Below, piece after piece: positions 42,182 to 61,620 of a stretch of DNA of 64,000 nt; positions within the stretch are counted from its first letter, which is position 1; the number at the start of each line of letters is the position of its first letter. The position numbers and the translations under genes were made by a program. The DNA lies in NCBI RefSeq assembly GCF_009914755.1, contig NC_060929.1; one strand, 5' to 3'. The notes below the pieces were generated by a model that did no database searches, was not told the DNA's origin, and saw only the letters and a program-made list of their open reading frames with translations. Origin of the DNA: the human T2T-CHM13v2.0 reference genome, Homo sapiens.

Positions 42182-44429
42182 CTATTAATTACTGCCTCAA
42201 TTTCAGAACTTGTTATTGGTCTATTCAGGGATACAACTTCCTGGTTTAGTATTGGGAGGGTGTATGTGTCTAGGAATTTATCCATTTCTTCTAGATTTTC
42301 TAGTTTATTTGCATAGAGGTGTTTATATTATTCTCTAATGGTAGTTTGTATTTCTGTGGGATCAGTGGTGATATCCCCTTTATCATTTTTTATTGTGTCT
42401 ATTTGATTCTTCTCTCTTTTCCTTTTTGTTAGTCTGGCTAGTGGTCTGTGTATCTTATTAACCTTTTCAAAGAAACAGCTCTTGGATTAGTTGATATTTT
42501 TAAGGGTTTTTCGTGTCTTTATCTCCTTTAGTCCTGCTCTGATCTTAGTTATTTCTTGTCTTCTGCTAACTTTTGAATTTGTTTGCTCTCGCTTTTCTAG
42601 TTCTTTTCATTGTGATGTTGAGGTGCCAATTTTAGATCTTTCCAGGTTTCTGATGTGGGCATTTAGTGCTATCAATTTCACTCTACATACTGCTTTAGCT
42701 GTGTCCCAGAGATTCTGGTACATTGTGTCTTTCTTCTCATTGGTTTCAAAGAATTTATTTCTGCCTTAATTTTGTTATTTACCCAGTAGTCATTCAGGAA
42801 CAGGTTGTTCAGTTGCCATGTAGTTGTGTGGTTTTGAGTGAGTTTCTTAATCCTGAGTTCTAGTTTGATTGCACTGAGGTCTGAGAGACTATTCGTTATG
42901 ATTTCTGTTCTTTTACATTTGCTGAGCAGTTTCCAATTATGTGGTCAGTTTTAGAATGAGTGTGATGTGGTGCTGAGAAAAATGTATATTCTGTTGATTT
43001 GGGGTGGAGAGTTCTGTAGATGTCTAATAGGACCGCTCGGTCCAAAGCTGAGTTCAAGTCCTGAACATCCTTGTTAATTTTCTGTCTCGTCAACGTGTCT
43101 AATAGTGACAATGAGGTGTTAATGTCTCCCACTATTATTGTGTTGGAGTCTAAGTCTCTTTGTAGGTCTCTAAGAACTTGCTTTATGGATCTAGATGCTC
43201 CGGTATTGCGTGCATATATATTTAGGATAGTTAGCTCTTCTTGTTGCATTGATCCCTTTACCATTATGTAATGCCTTTCTTTGTCTTTTTTGAACTTTGT
43301 TGGTTTAAAGTCTGTTTTACCAGAGACTAGGATTGCAACCCCTGCTTTTTTGCTTTCCATTTGCTTGGTAAATATTCCTCCATCCCTTTATTTTGAGCCT
43401 ATGTGTGTCTTTGCATGTGAGATGGGTCTCCTGAATACAGCACATTGATGGATCTTGAACCTTTATCCAATTTGCCAGTCTGTGTCTGTTAATTGGAGCA
43501 TTTAGCCCATTTACATTTAAGGTTAATATTGTTATGTTTGAATTTGATCCTCTCATTACGATGCTAGCTGGTTATTTTGCTGGTTAGTTGATGCAGTTTC
43601 TTCATAGTGTTGATGGCATTTAATATGTTTTTGCAATGGTTGGTAATGGTTTTTCTTTTACCATATTTAGTGTTTCCTTCAGGAGCTCTTGTAAGGCAGG
43701 CCTGGTAGTGACAAAATCTCTCAGCATTTACTTATCTATAAAGGATTTTATTTCTCCTTCACTTATGAAGCTTAGTTTGGCGGATATGAAATTCTGGGTT
43801 GAAAATTCTTTTCTTTAAGAATGTTGAATATTGGCCTCCACTCTCTTCTGGCTTGTAGGGTTCCTGTAGAGAGATCTGCTGCTAGTCTGATGAGCTTCCC
43901 TTTGTGGGTTACCCAACCTTTCTCTCTGGCTGCCCATAACATTTTTTTCCTTCATTTCAACCTTGGTGAATTTGATGATTATGTGTCTTGGGGTTGCTCT
44001 TCTCAAGGCATATCTTTGTGGTGTTCTCTGTATTTCCTGAATTTGAACGTTGGCCTGTCTTTCCAGTTTAGGGAAGTTCTCCTGGATAATAGCTTGAAGA
44101 ATGTTTTCCAACTTGGTTCCATTCTCCTCGTCACATTCAAGTACACCAATCAAACATAGGTTTGGTCTCTTTACATAGTCCCATATTTCTTGGAGGCTTT
44201 GTTCATTCATTTTCATTCTTTTTTCTCTAATCTTCTCTTCACTTTTTATTTCATTAAATTAATCTTCAATCTCTGATATCCTTTCTTCCACTTGATCAAT
44301 TCAGCTATTGATACTGGTGCATGCATCACGAAGTTCTTGTGCTGTGTTTTTCAACTCTATCTAGTCATTTATGTTCTTCTCTAAACTGGTTATTCTAGTT
44401 AGCAATTCCTCTAACCATTTTTCAAGGTT

Positions 44430-50573
<6,144 letters not shown>

Positions 50574-51723
50574 TTTTCAAGGTTCTTAGCTTCCTTGCAT
50601 TGGGTTAGAACATGCTCCTTTAGCATGTTCTACTCATGTTTGTTATTACCCACCTTCTGAAGCCTACTTCTATCAATTCGTCAAAATCATTCTCCATCCA
50701 GTTTTGTTTCCTTGCTGTTGAGGAGTTGTGATCCTTTGGAGGAGAAGAGGTGCTCTGGTTTTTGGAATTTTCAGCCTTTTTGTGCTGGTTTTTCCTCATC
50801 TTCGTGGCTTTATCTACCTTTGGTCTTTGATGTTGGTGACCTTCGGATAAGGTTTCTGTGTGGATGCCCTTTTTGTTGATGTTCATGGTATTCCTTTCTG
50901 CTTGTTAGTTTTCCTTCCAACAGTCAGGCCCCTCTGCTGCAGGTCTGCTGGAGTTTGCTGGAGGTCCACTCTAGACCCTGTTTGCCTGGGTATCAACAGC
51001 GGAGGCTGCAGAACAGCAAAGATTGCTGCCTGTTCCTTCCTCTGGCAGCTTCATCTCAGAGGGGCACCTGCCAGATGCCAGCTGGAGCTTTCCTGTATGA
51101 GGTATCTGTCGACTCCTACTGGGAGTTGTCTCTGAGTCAGGAGGCACGGGGTTCAGGGATCCATTTGAGGAGGCAGTCTGTCCCTTAGCAGAGCTCAAGC
51201 ACTGCGCTGGGAGATCTGCTGCTCTCTTCAGAGCTGGCAGGCAGGAACGTTTAAGTCTGTTGAAGCTGTACCCACAGCTGCCCCTTCGCCCAGGTGCTTT
51301 GTCCCAGGGAGATGAGAGTTTTATCTATAAACCCCTCACTGGGGCTGCTGCCTTTCTTTTAGAGATGCCCTGCCCAGAGAGGAGGAATCTAGAGAGGCAG
51401 TCTGGCGACAGTGGCTTTCCAGAGCCATGTTGGGCTCTGCCCAGTTTGAACTTCCTGGTAACTTTGTTTACACTGTGTGGGGAAAACCACCTACTCAAGC
51501 TTCAGTAATGGTTGACACTTCTCCCCCCACCAAGCTCAAGCTCCCAGGTTGACTTCTGACTGCTGTGCTGGCAGCGAGAATTTCAACCCAGTGATCTTAG
51601 CTTGCTGCACTCCATGGGGTTGGGATCTGCTGATCTAGACCACTTGGCTCCCTGGCTTCAGCCCCCTTTCCAGGGGAATGAACACTTCTGTCTCACTGGT
51701 GTTCCAGGCACCACTGGGGTATG

Positions 51724-51756
<33 letters not shown>

Positions 51757-52394
51757 CTGCAGCTAGGTTGGTGTCTGCTCAAATGGCTGCCCAGTTTTGT
51801 GCTTGAAACCCAGGCCCCTGGTGGTATAGGAACCCAAGGGAATCTCCTGGTCTACAGGTTGCGAAGACCATGGGAAAAATGTAGTATCTAGGCTGGAATG
51901 CACTGTTCCTCACAGCACAGTCCCTCATGGCTTCCTTTGGCTAGGGGAGAGAGTTCCCCAACCCCTTGTGTTTCCCAGGTGAGGCGATGCCACACCCTGC
52001 TTCAGTTCACCCACCATGGGCTGCACCCACTGTCTAACCAGTCCCAGTGAGATGAGCTGGGTATCTCAGTTGGAAATGCAGAAGTCACCCGCCTTTGGCG
52101 TTGATCTCACTAGGAGCTGCAGACTGGAGCTGTTCCTATTCGGCCATCTTGCCAGCCAGCCTCTGAAACATTTTAAAATGGTGTTTAGAGGATGGGGAAT
52201 TGAGGCTTTGAAGAATTCCATCACTAAAAGTGCCTCTAACATTTTTCCAAAGTTTTAAACACTATCAAAGCTATAATACCCAAATATTACAAAACATTAA
52301 GACAAATCATCTTCCATTATCAGAAAATTATAAATAAGCATTTATTTGGCCTCATATAACAGAAAATTCAATTTAGGATGGCTTAAAATTGAGT

Positions 52395-52803
52395 GTAATT
52401 AAGTAAGTTGTGATATTGCCATGCAATGGAATACTACTCACCAATAAAAAAGGAAAGAACTACTGATATTCAACAACATAGTTTAATCTCAAAAGCATTA
52501 TGCTAACGACCACATCAAACACCACATATTGAATGATTCCATCTGTATGAAATCTAGAAAATGAAAAACTGTAGTGATAGAAAGCAGAAAGGCAGTTGCC
52601 CGTAGCTGACATAAGGACAGGATTGACTGCAAACAACCATGACAGAAGTTTTTTGAAGTAATGGAAAAATTCCACGTTGTTACTATGATGATTCTTACAT
52701 GACTGTATACAAGTCAAAACTCTCTAAATTTGCACTAAAAATTAGTAAATTTTATTTTGTGGACACAAAGCTGATCCCTACAAAGCTGACCAAAAAAAAA
52801 AAA
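52395..52803 (+). mobile_element. Old L1M 3'-end fragment
   Basis: CAATGGAATACTACTCA...AATCTCAAAAGCATTATGCTAA...GATAGAAAGCAGA. Confidence 0.75.
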
Positions 52804-54169
52804 AAGAATTTTCGAAAGGAAATTCTAAGTACCTACACATCTACGAAAATCATCAGCTCAAAGTGTGATAATGAACCTGAATGTCACTATTCCCTCAACG
52901 AGATATCATAGGATACTTTATTAGTGCAAAATTCTTTTCTGACAATTCTTTGGAAGGTGCTTTTTGCAGAGATTTGAGTTAAATGTCAACTCTAGAGCTC
53001 AGATCTTCTCTTTCTCAGGGAAGTCCTAAAGCAGGTTAGTCTATGACTTCTCCCTCCTCTGAATTTCAGTGGCAATTACAGTCTGCCCCAGTCCTTATGG
53101 CATAAATTGTATTTTATTTATCTGCATTTACCCATATAATATCTATTATAGGCCCATGTGAAGGTAAAACTGGGCTCATATGAACAGTCACAAACATCCT
53201 TGGATATATGGACACTCTATGAACTGCAGTCTCCCTGCTCCTGGCCCTTAGAAATAACCTCTTCCAATTCTTTCTGCTCTTTGTTGTAGCTCACCAACAG
53301 AAGCCAGACCAGGCACTTTTCAGTAATCAAAGTAGTCCTTTCTTTCAGATTCTAGATCATTGCTTTGTCTATCTTCTTAATTAAGGTAAGTTCATCATTC
53401 ATGAGGCTCCTCAATCCAGAGAGCAAGTTGACTCCCAGGGAATTCTCTCACCAATTCAGAGTCAGAGGCTGTTACTGCATGAGTATGTCTCACTCCACAG
53501 CTGATCATCAGCTTCCTGAGGAGAGGGCGCATTGCACTTCTGGTTCTCCCTCACTGTGCTTTCCATGCAGTATGTTGGCCACAATAGGAACTCAATAAAT
53601 ACATGCTGAATGGAAGGAAACAGGACCTACCTAGCATGAAGAAAGAACCATTTCTTACCGCACAGGGTTCGAAAGTTGGCTGAAGGCAAAAATGAAAATG
53701 AACACCAGATTTTCCAGCACATGATTGAATTGCATTTGATGGTATTGTCAGGGAGGCTTCTTTGGACTAATAGAAATAATTAAGGAAGACAGACTGCTTC
53801 AGACACCCTAGGGGCTACTTAGCTCTCCAGTGAGGCATTTTGCTTTTATGTTTAAATATTATTTTCACTGATTATAAAAAGAAACATCCGTTCTCTTTTA
53901 TCACCTTCTAGTCAAGGCAGCCAAATGTGCTTAGATAGATGGAAAATGCCTTTTAAGTAAGTGATTACCTATGAAGAATTAGTCTCTCTTCTTTCCTTTC
54001 CTAGACATTGTGGCATTAATATTGGCATTTTGTTTCTTTAAATTGCATCCTAAGGTCCCGTTCCACCACAGCTCCTTCCCAGACGGCATTACTGTAGACC
54101 AGACTTTTTACCCTGCTTGTCTCCTTTTCTAAAGACTTTTATTTTCTTTTTAGTTTGCACTTTTCAAAC

Positions 54170-54560
54170 TCCAGCCATAATTATTGGGGTATAATTTATA
54201 CATAGCAAAGGTTATCCTTTTCAAGTCAACAGTTCAATGAGTTTTGAAAAATTGATATAGTCATGTAACCACCACCACAATCAAGATATAAAATCTTACT
54301 ATCACTTCTAAAAGTTTCCTCATGCCCCTTTTGTCAACTTCCTCTCCCCATTCCCAGCCTCTGCAACTGATCTGATTTCTGTTGCTTTAGTTTTGGCTTT
54401 TTGAGATTGTCATATGGATAGAGTCATAAAGTACATCACCTTTTGTATCTGCCTTTTTTCATTTAGCATTCATTTGTGATCGTGATTCATGCACGTTGTT
54501 GAATGTATCAATTGTTCATTCCTTTTTATTACTAAGTAGTATTCCATCCTATGGATATAT
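54170..54560 (-). mobile_element. Old L1M 3'-end fragment
   Basis: TTATTGGGGTATAATTTATAC...GTAACCACCACCACAATCAAGATA...TAGTATTCCAT. Confidence 0.75.
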
Positions 54561-55540
54561 TTTGTGATTAATGTTTATTAGTTTGTTTTCTTGTCTGTAA
54601 TATTTGTATGTGTGGTGAGTTGGAAGAGATTTTGTTTATATCATAGTTGGATTTTTTTCACTTTGTATTTCCTATCAGACAATATGGTCTGCTAGGAAGA
54701 CTCATGCCTGGTATTGAACATATTTACATGCCTTGCATTGTTCAGGCAGATATGTACTCAGTTCCTATATGCTGTATAAATGACCTACTGCATATGTGTG
54801 ATGATTCTTCCTGTAGTTTTGAAGAGTGTGATCAGGGATTTTGTATCTCAAATTGTGCAATTTAAAGATGTGCAGTTTATTATTTAGTTATAATTATATA
54901 ATTAGTTATACCTCAATGCAGCTGTTAAATAAAAATATACAAAATCACTGTTAAAATCTTATTCTTAAAAGAAAAATTACACATGCAGCAGGGGTTTGTG
55001 GTAGGGCTGGAGCTGAGATGTAGTGATATATGTAATGTGGAAGTAAGTAGTTGGAGAAGGCAGAGAATGGCAAAGAACAGAAACCAAATTGCAGGGAAAT
55101 ATGGAGGGAAAATTCTGAGCCAGATTCAGAAATGGAGCCAAAGGTCAGGAGGAGATAGTGTTTCTGAGTCTACAGTGGTTCCTCTCATATGAATGCTGGT
55201 GACCCAGCTATTCTGGATATACACAGGTACCCTGCCAGTGGGGCGTGGGGGAATGACTACAGGTAAATAAGAATGTGTAACACATTGGGGTATACAAAAG
55301 ACTTCTTTGGAATCCCTCTAAGAAAATGTTAGTCTGAGGGAAAGCAGCAGTCTCCTCATTTTCAGACAGACTCAAGAGCAGACCTGGAACAATAACATCC
55401 AGTGTCATCACAAGTTGTTGAAATGGACAGGGATCTATTCCAATTTTGTGATGGATAAGTACATGGGCCGCCAAATAACAGGCCAACAGCAGCTAGGACT
55501 GATCTCTAAGCACAGCGAGAAATAACTCAGGGGTTGAGGA

Positions 55541-55864
55541 ACTTAGTTCATTTGTGTTGCTACAACAAAATACCACAGGCTGGGAATTTATAAAGAACAG
55601 AAATGTACTCTCTCACTGTTCGGGAGGCTGGGAAGTTCAAGATCTAGTCACCGATATCTGGTGAGAGTCTTCTTGCTGGAGCCTCACATGACAAAAGATG
55701 CAAGGACAAAAAGGAGTCAACCTTCCTCTGTCAAGTCCTTAATCCATTCATGAGAGTGGAGCCCGCACCTCAACACCTCCCCAAAGACTTCACTTCCCAA
55801 CACTGTTATATTGGGGATTAAGTTTCCAACACATGGATTTGGGGGGACACATTCAGACAATAGC
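55541..55864 (-). mobile_element. MaLR solo LTR (MSTD/MLT1A-like)
   Basis: CTTAGTTCATTTGTGTTGCTACAACAAAATACCACAGGCTGGG...GGGGATTAAGTTTCCAACACATG. Confidence 0.82.
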
Positions 55865-56262
55865 TGGGCCCTATATATACAAGTGGAACAGTGAGAGGAG
55901 GACATCTGGGCATTTGCATGGATAGGACCTCATTTGTACTGAGAGGCTGGTGAGGCTGATAATTTTCAGTTTATAAATGAGTAAAAGTCACTACCTCTAG
56001 GTCTATGGGCCACAACTCTAAGAAGAAAATGGGCCTCTATGTGTAGGTTACAACTACAAGAAGAAAATAAACTGCATTACCATGATATACCATGTGAAAG
56101 TTTATGGTTTTAGGGGCTTTTAAAATGTTAGTTCCTCTCAAGTTCAAGCCTTAGAATGTCTTCATTTATCTACACATACAGAGTTTTTTGATGGTGCAAG
56201 CCATCTTCCATATAACTGTACTTTTATAAAGGTTCCTGATGCATCTAAAGAAAATGTGCCTA

Positions 56263-56568
56263 GGCTGGGCATGGTGGCTCACACCTATTCCCAGCACTTC
56301 GGGAAGCCGAGGCAGGCAGATCATCTGAAGTCAGGAGTTCGAGAACAGACTGGCCAACATGGCAAAACCCCATGTCTAATAAAAATACAAAAATTAGTCA
56401 GGTGTGGTGGTGTGTGCCTGTAGTCCCAGCTACTTGGCTACTTGGGAGGAGGCTGAGGCAGTAGAATCACTTGAACCCAGGAGGCGGAGGTTGCAGAGAG
56501 CTGAGATCATGCCACTGCACTCCAGTTTGGGCAACAGAGTAAGACTCCGTCTCAAAAAAAAAAAAAAG
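56263..56568 (+). mobile_element. AluS (Sx/Sz-like)
   Basis: Full dimer with poly(A); GTGCCTA repeated at both flanks. Confidence 0.92.
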
Positions 56569-56834
56569 GTGCCTAAACGTTCTCTCATTCCACTGAGTAG
56601 CATAAACCAGACTGAACTTCCATTTGTTCTGCTCATATCCAAGCATATTATTTCAGCTAGAACAAGACTCTGAAGACAGTATCTGGTAATGAGATTTCAA
56701 GCCCATTGAGCATAGCCACTGAGGGTAGTCATGACTAATTCTCAACACTGTGCTTGGCTCAATACTTTGCACATTGTAGATGCTAAATAAATATGTGGTA
56801 AGTGAGTGAATGTTACAAAACCGAAGAGATTGCA

Positions 56835-57034
56835 AGATTCTCAACTTAATCCAAATGACGGATAATGTTAGATATAATAAGAATCTGTGAGAAAAAAGAG
56901 ATAGAAAGTCTGGAGAAGAATTATGCAGAGAACTCAGATTCTCAACTTAATCCAAGTGAAGGATAATGTTAGAAATAATAAGAATCTGTGAGAAAAAGGG
57001 ATAGAAATTCTGGAGAAGAATTATGCAGAGAGCT
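56835..57034. repeat. Tandem duplication, two copies of a ~101-bp unit
   Basis: AGATTCTCAACTTAATCCAA...GGAGAAGAATTATGCAGAGA starts at 56835 and again at 56936. Confidence 0.92.
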
Positions 57035-58368
57035 TAGAGACAAATATTAGGAGACCATGAAATAGGCCACCATTTGTGAGCCAGGAATACTAGCTGTTGC
57101 TTTCTCATACTGCACAGTAGGAAATGTGAAAGCAGAAAATATTTAGATTGTGATTAAAACTGAGATTCCTGGAAAAACTGAAGTTCAAAATCTTTCTGGG
57201 CTCTCCCAGCTTCACTGATTCCATTCTTTTGATGGGCAAGCAAAGTTCACTAGTCTGCCAGTCAAATAGATGCTAATGGTAAAATTGGCTCTGTTTGACT
57301 TTTTGATGTTACACATTTGAAATGTGTTTCCATCTAAAAGGACAGGCTCCAATCTAAATGGTACCAACAAAATTACTTCAAACAAAATAGGAGTTCATGT
57401 CACTCAAGATGCACTAAAAGTTAAATTGCAAAATGGCTGAAAAGGAGAGGTCTTGGCTTCAGAAAAGAATAATAACTACCTAAAGAACAAAAGTTCGTGT
57501 TCTTGGCAGGAAATTTTAAAAAAAGAAAAATCATCTGGTGTGGTCATACAGTGTATCAAACTGAAGAAGACCCTTTCTTTACTGAGTTAAAATTAAGTCT
57601 ATAGAATCCTAACTGGAGACAAGCCATGGAAAACTAAAGGCACTTGCAAGTTGAAGTTACAGGGCAATGGAAATGATGAGTAATTAAGGAGGAAGTCAGC
57701 CTACAGAGAAGACAATAGAGCAGGTACACACAGAGAAGCAAAGCCAACAAGTCATGAATTCCCTAAAAGTTGCAGAGAGTTAATTAGGTTCTTATCTTCC
57801 CAGTCTCCACTTTAAGTACCCAAGGGCTATAATTCCTGTCTTTGGGTTCTCAGAAAGTTCTTCATATCCTTGCAATTAACTATTCTTTGACTTGGGCTAG
57901 TTTAAATATGATTTATTTTTCACCCCTGAAAAATAACTGCCCTCTAACTGGAACATGCAAGTTTTCCAGACAGAGTAGAGTAGCAGATAGCCATAAGCAG
58001 CCTTAATCCTTCATATGACACATTTCTTTAAAAAAGTCTAAAGTATGGATGAACAATGTTTCCCCTTCATTGAACTTTTCCATGTCCTAAGAGATAAAAT
58101 TCTTTTTTTTTCGGGTTCATCTTAACAAATCAAGACATTAGTGACTAGTTGAAGAAGTATGTTTATTCATTTGGGGAACAAACATTCATTGAGCATCAAC
58201 TCTGTGTCAGGCTCTATTTTAGGAACTGTGAGTGAAAGAAGTTAATGAGACATGTTAACTTGGAAGTCCTTAAGATTTCCCAGAAGAGAGACAGATATGT
58301 CTTAAACGTAGTCTAGTACAAGGACTAGAAACCTGCTCAAATTAGCTTCAGAGAAAAAGAGAAACTAT

Positions 58369-58416
58369 TATTAGGTTGGTCCAAAAATAATTGTGGGTTT
58401 TGCCACTAAAAGTAAT
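58369..58416. mobile_element. Half of a MADE1 (Hsmar1-derived MITE)
   Basis: TATTAGGTTGGTCCAAAAATAATTGTGGGTTTTGCCACTAAAAGTAAT: one TIR plus spacer; second TIR absent. Confidence 0.75.
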
Positions 58417-58646
58417 AGAATGATACACAGATATTTCATGGATGTAAACCCAGGAAGAACAGTCAGATCTCACACAATGGCAAACAAAATTAAAAGACCT
58501 AGAACAATCTCTCTCCGTGTCTCTCTCTTTCTCTGTCTGTCTGTCTCATGCATGCACACCTCAGTTTCTTGGTCTCTCATATCTGTCTCTGTTTTTGATA
58601 AACGGTGCAGATTGGCTTTTTCTACACTCATTGAAGAAAATGAATG

Positions 58647-58931
58647 GGCTGGGCATAATTCCAACACTTTGGGAAGGTGGGGCAGGAGGATTGCTTGAGG
58701 CCAAGAGTTCCAGACCAGCCTTGGCAACACAGTGAGACCCCATCTCTATAAAAAGAAAAATTAAAAAATTAGACAGGTGTGGTGGTGCATGCCTGCCCAG
58801 CTACTCGGGAGGCTGAGGTAGCAGGATCACTTGAGCCCAGGAGTTTGAGGCTGAAACGAACTATGAATACCACTGCACTCTAGCCTAGGCAGCACAAAGC
58901 CCCATCTCAAAAAAAAAAAAAAAAAAAAAAA
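58647..58931 (+). mobile_element. AluJ with small internal deletions
   Basis: GGATTGCTTGAGGCCAAGAGTT and TTGAGCCCAGGAGTTTGAGGCTG J-type motifs; poly(A). Confidence 0.88.
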
Positions 58932-60539
58932 GGCGGGGGGGAAAAAAGAAAGAAAATGGTTGTACAAACTGAACACAAATTTCCATTTCATGTGATCAGC
59001 AAAGATTCTAGAATCTGTATACCATGAATGTAAATCCCTAGGAGATTGATCGAGCTTGGTCAGGTGTTTGGCTTAGCGACAAGGAGGCAGGATTATGTGA
59101 CTCAGTGACTTCTAGAAGGGGATCATGGAAGACTCTGAGAAAGCCCTATTGGCAGAGCTGGCAAATAGCTTTGCATGTCTGCCACAAGCATGAAAACAAG
59201 TAAGGCCAGTCAACCGTAGTTGTGCTAGAATCGAAATATGAATATGATTCATCAGTGTATTGATGGGTCCAGGAAGCTAGGAAATCTAGAATTATTTTAT
59301 TTGTTTTGTTTGTGTTTAAGTTAGGAGTGTCTCTTTTATTTTGGCCATTATGCACCCCAGCCAGTGCTTAGAGACTTGTGTGTGAGTCAAGCTCAATGGA
59401 TTCTAAGCTTTACTCACTCATCCCATGGATTCACTGAGTAACATTTGAGAAGCCACTGGTTACTTCACTTCAAAATTACTAGGACTTACCTAGAAGTTCA
59501 TATTTACCACCCTTTTCAGGTCTAGGGAGAAGAATGTGGAATTGTTAGGAAACTCATTTCAATGTATTATAATAACTATTAATATTTATTAGAAATTTAT
59601 TTACTAGGTATAGGACTAGACTCTTATAACAAAAATGTATAAGATTTCAGAGACCCAGCATTTAAATGAGAAGGTAGAATATACACATATAACTCAATAA
59701 TATATTACTCTGTAATACATACAAAAGAAAGTTTATTTGGGGGAAAAAACAAAAACAAAAACAAAAAGCTAGAGGAAACCAGAGCCAAGAAAGAAGAATG
59801 ATTAGTTCTCAGTGAAGAAAATGGGAAAGGCTGGGCTAATAATATAGAATTTGACTGGAGCCTTGAAGTAGAATTTGAAACAATGGAAGAAAAAAAGAAA
59901 GCTATTCTAAGTAGAAAAATAAGGAATTGACAATGAAGAATGGGAAAGGCAGGCCAGTGAACTCGTGAATTTGGCCTAAACATAGTGTGCAAGAGGGAAA
60001 GATAGCCACGGAGCCCACAGAGGTGAGTTGGAGCCAAATCGTGACCTTAAACCCTAGGGTACTTTGAATGTCCTGAAGACATCTAATGATTTTCAGCAGA
60101 TCAGTCCTGCATTTTTGGATAACTGTGACAACAGGTATAAAAGATGAACTGGAACAGGAGAGAAGGAAGCACAGAGAGATTATATGGGAGTTTGTCACCA
60201 TGGTGAAAGATCAAAAGGGTTTGAACCAAAGAGAGATTAGCAGTGGAACAGAAAATAGGAGATGGCACAGAAAACCCTAGTAGGGTGTAAAGACAGAATT
60301 GGAATGGGATGTTAGCAGGGGGCTGGTGGTGCACCTGGGGAAGAAAGCAGAGGTTTCTGGTTTGGGTGATTGTCTATATGAAAACGGGATAAACAAAGGA
60401 GGGCAGGGCATGACGATACAACAGATCAGAAGGAAACACTGGGGAAACTTATCTGAGCCGTGTTCCCCAACAAAACTCTGTCTTGAGCTAAGGAAAAGAA
60501 AAAGAGGGGAAGGCCTCACTTCACCCCTGAGTGCTTTTT

Positions 60540-61187
60540 GGAGTAGGGTCTCTGGGTCTCTCAAGATCCTTTCAAGTGGCCAGTGAAGTCAAAACTATTT
60601 TCATAACAATACTGAGACGTTACTGCGTTTTTCACTGTGTTGACATTTGCCCTCATGGTGCAAGAACAAGGATGGGGACTGGTGGTCATTGTATTCTTCA
60701 TCACTGGGCACTCACAGGAAGAGAAAGGGAGAGGGACACGGAGAGGCCAGCAGATCAATGAATTTTAATGCCACGGAATAGGAAAAACCATTGATATGGT
60801 TTCAGATTCCACATTGCAACTTTAAGAAACTACCACTTGTTGAGTTTTGGTGTAGTATCAGGGGATTATCCAGAATTATCTCCTGTTTTTCTAAGTCCAT
60901 ATCTGTGTAACACCAGATTAATCAATATAATTTCACCAAAACTACATGCCGTAACAGATTGGATGCAGAAGCAGATCTGAGAATCCAAATGTCTGTTTTT
61001 AAGCCAGATATTTAAAATATTAGCAAAAATGTAAAGCAATGCCACTCTTCTCCCGGATTCTTTCATTTGGAGAAATATAGTTATTTTTCATAAAATGTAC
61101 ATTATTTATGTTCACACATAATAGGATTTTTGTTAAAGGACTTACTGAGTAAAGGGCTCTTGAGACCAAAGAGTTTGAGAAGCCCCA
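60540..61187. mobile_element. hAT-Charlie (Charlie1-like) DNA transposon fossil
   Basis: GTCAAAACTATTTTCATAACAATACT...GGTTTCAGATTCCACATTGCAACT...GCAGAAGCAGATCTGAGAATCCA...AGTTTGAGAA. Confidence 0.7.
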
Positions 61188-61499
61188 GCTTAACCTTCCA
61201 TATTTCCTGCTCTGAATGTGGTGTCCCTCACAACTGCAACTAGGCAGGAGAGCACCCTGGAAGGGGTTCTCAAACTACTTTGTCTCAGGAACACTTTATC
61301 CTCTTAAAATTAATGTGAGGCAGGAGTTTGTTCTTTGTTTCTAAAAGTTTTGCCTGGCTCTGGAAAATCGTAGCTCCTGACTTATTCTGCACTTCATGAC
61401 AGTGTAATGTTAATTTGTCCAGTTCTGAGAACAAAAACCAAGAAGGATGCATGTTATTTCCCCCCACCCCCAGAGATAAAACACAAATTCCTGTCTCAC

Positions 61500-61620
61500 A
61501 TTAAAGGAAGTGTCCTGCCTCCCAAACACAGGTCTGTTCCAAACACTTACTCACATTTCAGTGAGTCAGAAGGAAACAGACAGATATTCATCTCCCTGAA
61601 ACCTGGCTGACTTCCTTCAA
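61500..61620. promoter_or_regulatory. Distal ITGA2 enhancer candidate: dyad AP-1 sites TTACTCA (61547-61553) and TGAGTCA (61562-61568) flanked by ETS-type GGAA cores
   Basis: Motifs seen directly; about 1.5 kb upstream of the TSS, matching my recollection of a described megakaryocytic tandem AP-1 enhancer. Confidence 0.6.

Noticed and set aside
56835-57034. Direct repeat considered as a CRISPR-like array
   Set aside because: Only two adjacent ~101-bp copies with no spacers, no cas genes, in human DNA
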